DNA of 64,000 bases from Isurus oxyrinchus (taxonomy: Eukaryota): positions 64,294,001 through 64,358,000 of the forward strand of contig JANJGN010000001.1 of assembly GCA_026770705.1 (NCBI GenBank), written 5' to 3'. The number at the start of each line of letters is the position of its first letter. The stretch's first letter is position 1. The notes under the pieces were generated by a model. It did no database searches, had not been told where the DNA came from, and worked only from the letters and a program-made list of their open reading frames with translations. Positions 62,244-64,000 of the stretch are shown here, one piece after another. The translations under genes and the position numbers were made by a program.

Positions 62244-62591
62244 GTTCATTTAGTAAGTCTAGGTACATTTTAGAACAGTTATACTTAGGTATAAAACTGG
62301 AAGACATCAGAGCTGTGTGCGTGCTCTGCTCAAAGCAAAAGTGAAACTAAGACAGAATCACATGACACATTTCCCTTCTTCTAATGTCATGTTGCTATTT
62401 CTTCAAGGCATATTACAACAACTACAACACAAATATACAAGGCTGAAACTATTGGTAAAACAGTCTTAATTGTGCACATCCCTGATTTTTATCTCTCCAC
62501 CATTGATGGAAATATCTTCAGCTGCCTATGGCCTAAGCTCTGGAATGCCCTCCACAAGCCTCTTCACCTCTCTGTCTCTCTTTCTTTTTTT

Positions 62592-62905
62592 AAATATTAA
62601 TTCATGGGATGTGGGCTTCGCTGGCTGGGCCAGCATTTATTGCCCATCCCTAGTTGCCCTTGAGAAGGTGGTGGTGAGCTGCCTTCTGGAACCGCTGCTG
62701 TCCATGTGGTGTAGGTACACCCACAGTGCTGTTAGGGAGGGAGTTCCAGGATTTTGATCCAGTGACAGCAAAGGAACAGTGATATATTTCCAAGTCAGGA
62801 TGGTGAGTGACTTGGAGGGGAACTTCCAGGTGGTGGCTTTCCCATCTATCTGCTGCCCTTGTCCTTCTAAATGGTAGTGGTTGTGGGTTTGGAAGGTCCT
62901 TGAGG
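62592..62905 (-). mobile_element. CR1/L2-clade LINE 3' end inserted in an L2-like fragment (62500-63055)
   Basis: Same 3' end as 45742-46060 (GSKSWNSLPN..AAHHHLLKGN). Confidence 0.85.
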
Positions 62906-63834
62906 AAGCTCATTAAACAGTTTGACCAAGATTTTGGTCACTTGTCCTAATACTCCTTATGTGGTTCTGCGTCAAATTTTGCTCCTGTGAAGCATCTTGG
63001 GATATTTTACCCTGTTAAAGGCTACAGAAATACAATATTTTGTTGTTACTGTTGTTGCCTGAAGTTATCTTCTGCAATTTTACAGACATTTTGCTCAGTG
63101 TCAAACAGTTTTGTATGAAACATCTGTACAGCATTAAGAAAGCAACATTATGGGAAGTAATTCCTTGGGTGGCATGGATAATGAATGATCAAGTCACTCA
63201 AACTGAGACTGGAGTGGAAAACAGGTGGTAGATAGTCAACATTATCATCATGTTTAGAGCCAGCTCCTGTAAAATGCAATGTGTTAGACACTTAATATTT
63301 TGCCAAGTATAATATGGCATAATTATGGATCCTATGGACGGTTAAGTTTATTTTAACCATTTTAGGTTGTCTTCTTTGACCTTAAATGAGCCTAGAAATT
63401 TAGATTTGTCTTTTCCTATAAGAGGTTGAGTAGATTCAGGATAGATCTTACAATCCAATTCCAACCCATTCCCCTGTGTGGGGGTCATCCGCACACATGG
63501 TATCTTCCCAGTAGGATTCCTGTCATCAAAAGGGGTCCCATCAGAAGCCCAGAGGGAAATGCTAGCAGTGAGAGAAATGTGCACACTTGGTTGTGCATTT
63601 CCCACATCACCTTTTGCCTCTTGAATCCATCCTCCTCATCATTATCTTGCTGTTACTTCTCCAAAGAGGCTCTCAGTTTTCTGTCTTGGTCCTCCTGCAG
63701 GCCCAAAGCCCACTGCTCAGCAATGTTAGGCCTAATCTGGAGGTCCTGGTTGGTACATACTGAAGGGTACCTCTAGATCTGTCCACATCTCCTACATGCT
63801 GATTGTGTGTTCAATCACATATCTGGTGCCCTAT

Positions 63835-63970
63835 GGCAGAGACGGTGGTGTAGTGGTATTATTACTGGGCTGGTAATCCAGAGACCCAGGGTAATGCTTT
63901 GGGGACCTGGATTTGAATCCAACCACAGCAGATGGTGGAATTTGAATTCAATAAATATCTAGAATTAAAA
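63835..63970 (+). mobile_element. tRNA-derived SINE 5' part, interrupted by a Penelope pLTR end running out of the window
   Basis: A-box-like GGTGTAGTGG and B-box-like GATTTGAATCC. 63971-64000 is the reverse complement of the pLTR terminus (TTCCAGCATCCGCAGTTTT). Confidence 0.65.
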
Positions 63971-64000
63971 TAAAAACAAAGAAAACTGCGGATGCTGGAA

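Noticed and set aside
63835-63930. tRNA gene
   Set aside because: Only degenerate A/B boxes with no cloverleaf, continuing into SINE-like body.

Overview
Eukaryotic, repeat-dense DNA with no host gene that I can support. The repeat repertoire (DeuSINE/SacSINE1-like SINE, CR1/L2 LINEs, hammerhead-bearing Penelope-like elements, heavy CpG decay) suggests a vertebrate, most likely a cartilaginous fish. Main contents: (1) an internally deleted Gypsy element (2.4-5.6 kb); (2) a nested stack in which a 5.4-kb two-gene Harbinger/PIF transposon (spliced Myb/SANT gene plus convergent DDE transposase) sits inside a Harbinger MITE, which sits inside a DeuSINE (5.7-12.7 kb); (3) about 11-12 kb of a 16-bp minisatellite (14.0-33.0 kb), interrupted by a full-length Gmr1-like LTR retrotransposon (PR-IN-RT-RH order, tRNA-Pro PBS, 5-bp TSD) and containing an inverted duplication; (4) a near-full-length Penelope-like element (RT + GIY-YIG, 14-bp TSD) whose pseudo-LTRs carry minimal hammerhead ribozyme motifs with a non-canonical core; (5) three more Harbinger MITEs, three decayed Harbinger relics, LINE/SINE fragments and probable solo LTRs. 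The least explained signals are several independent fold-back inverted duplications, the conserved palindromes inside the MITE family, and the variant hammerhead core shared by three copies. I found no clearly new biological system. All family assignments and identities are from motif recognition by eye, not database searches.
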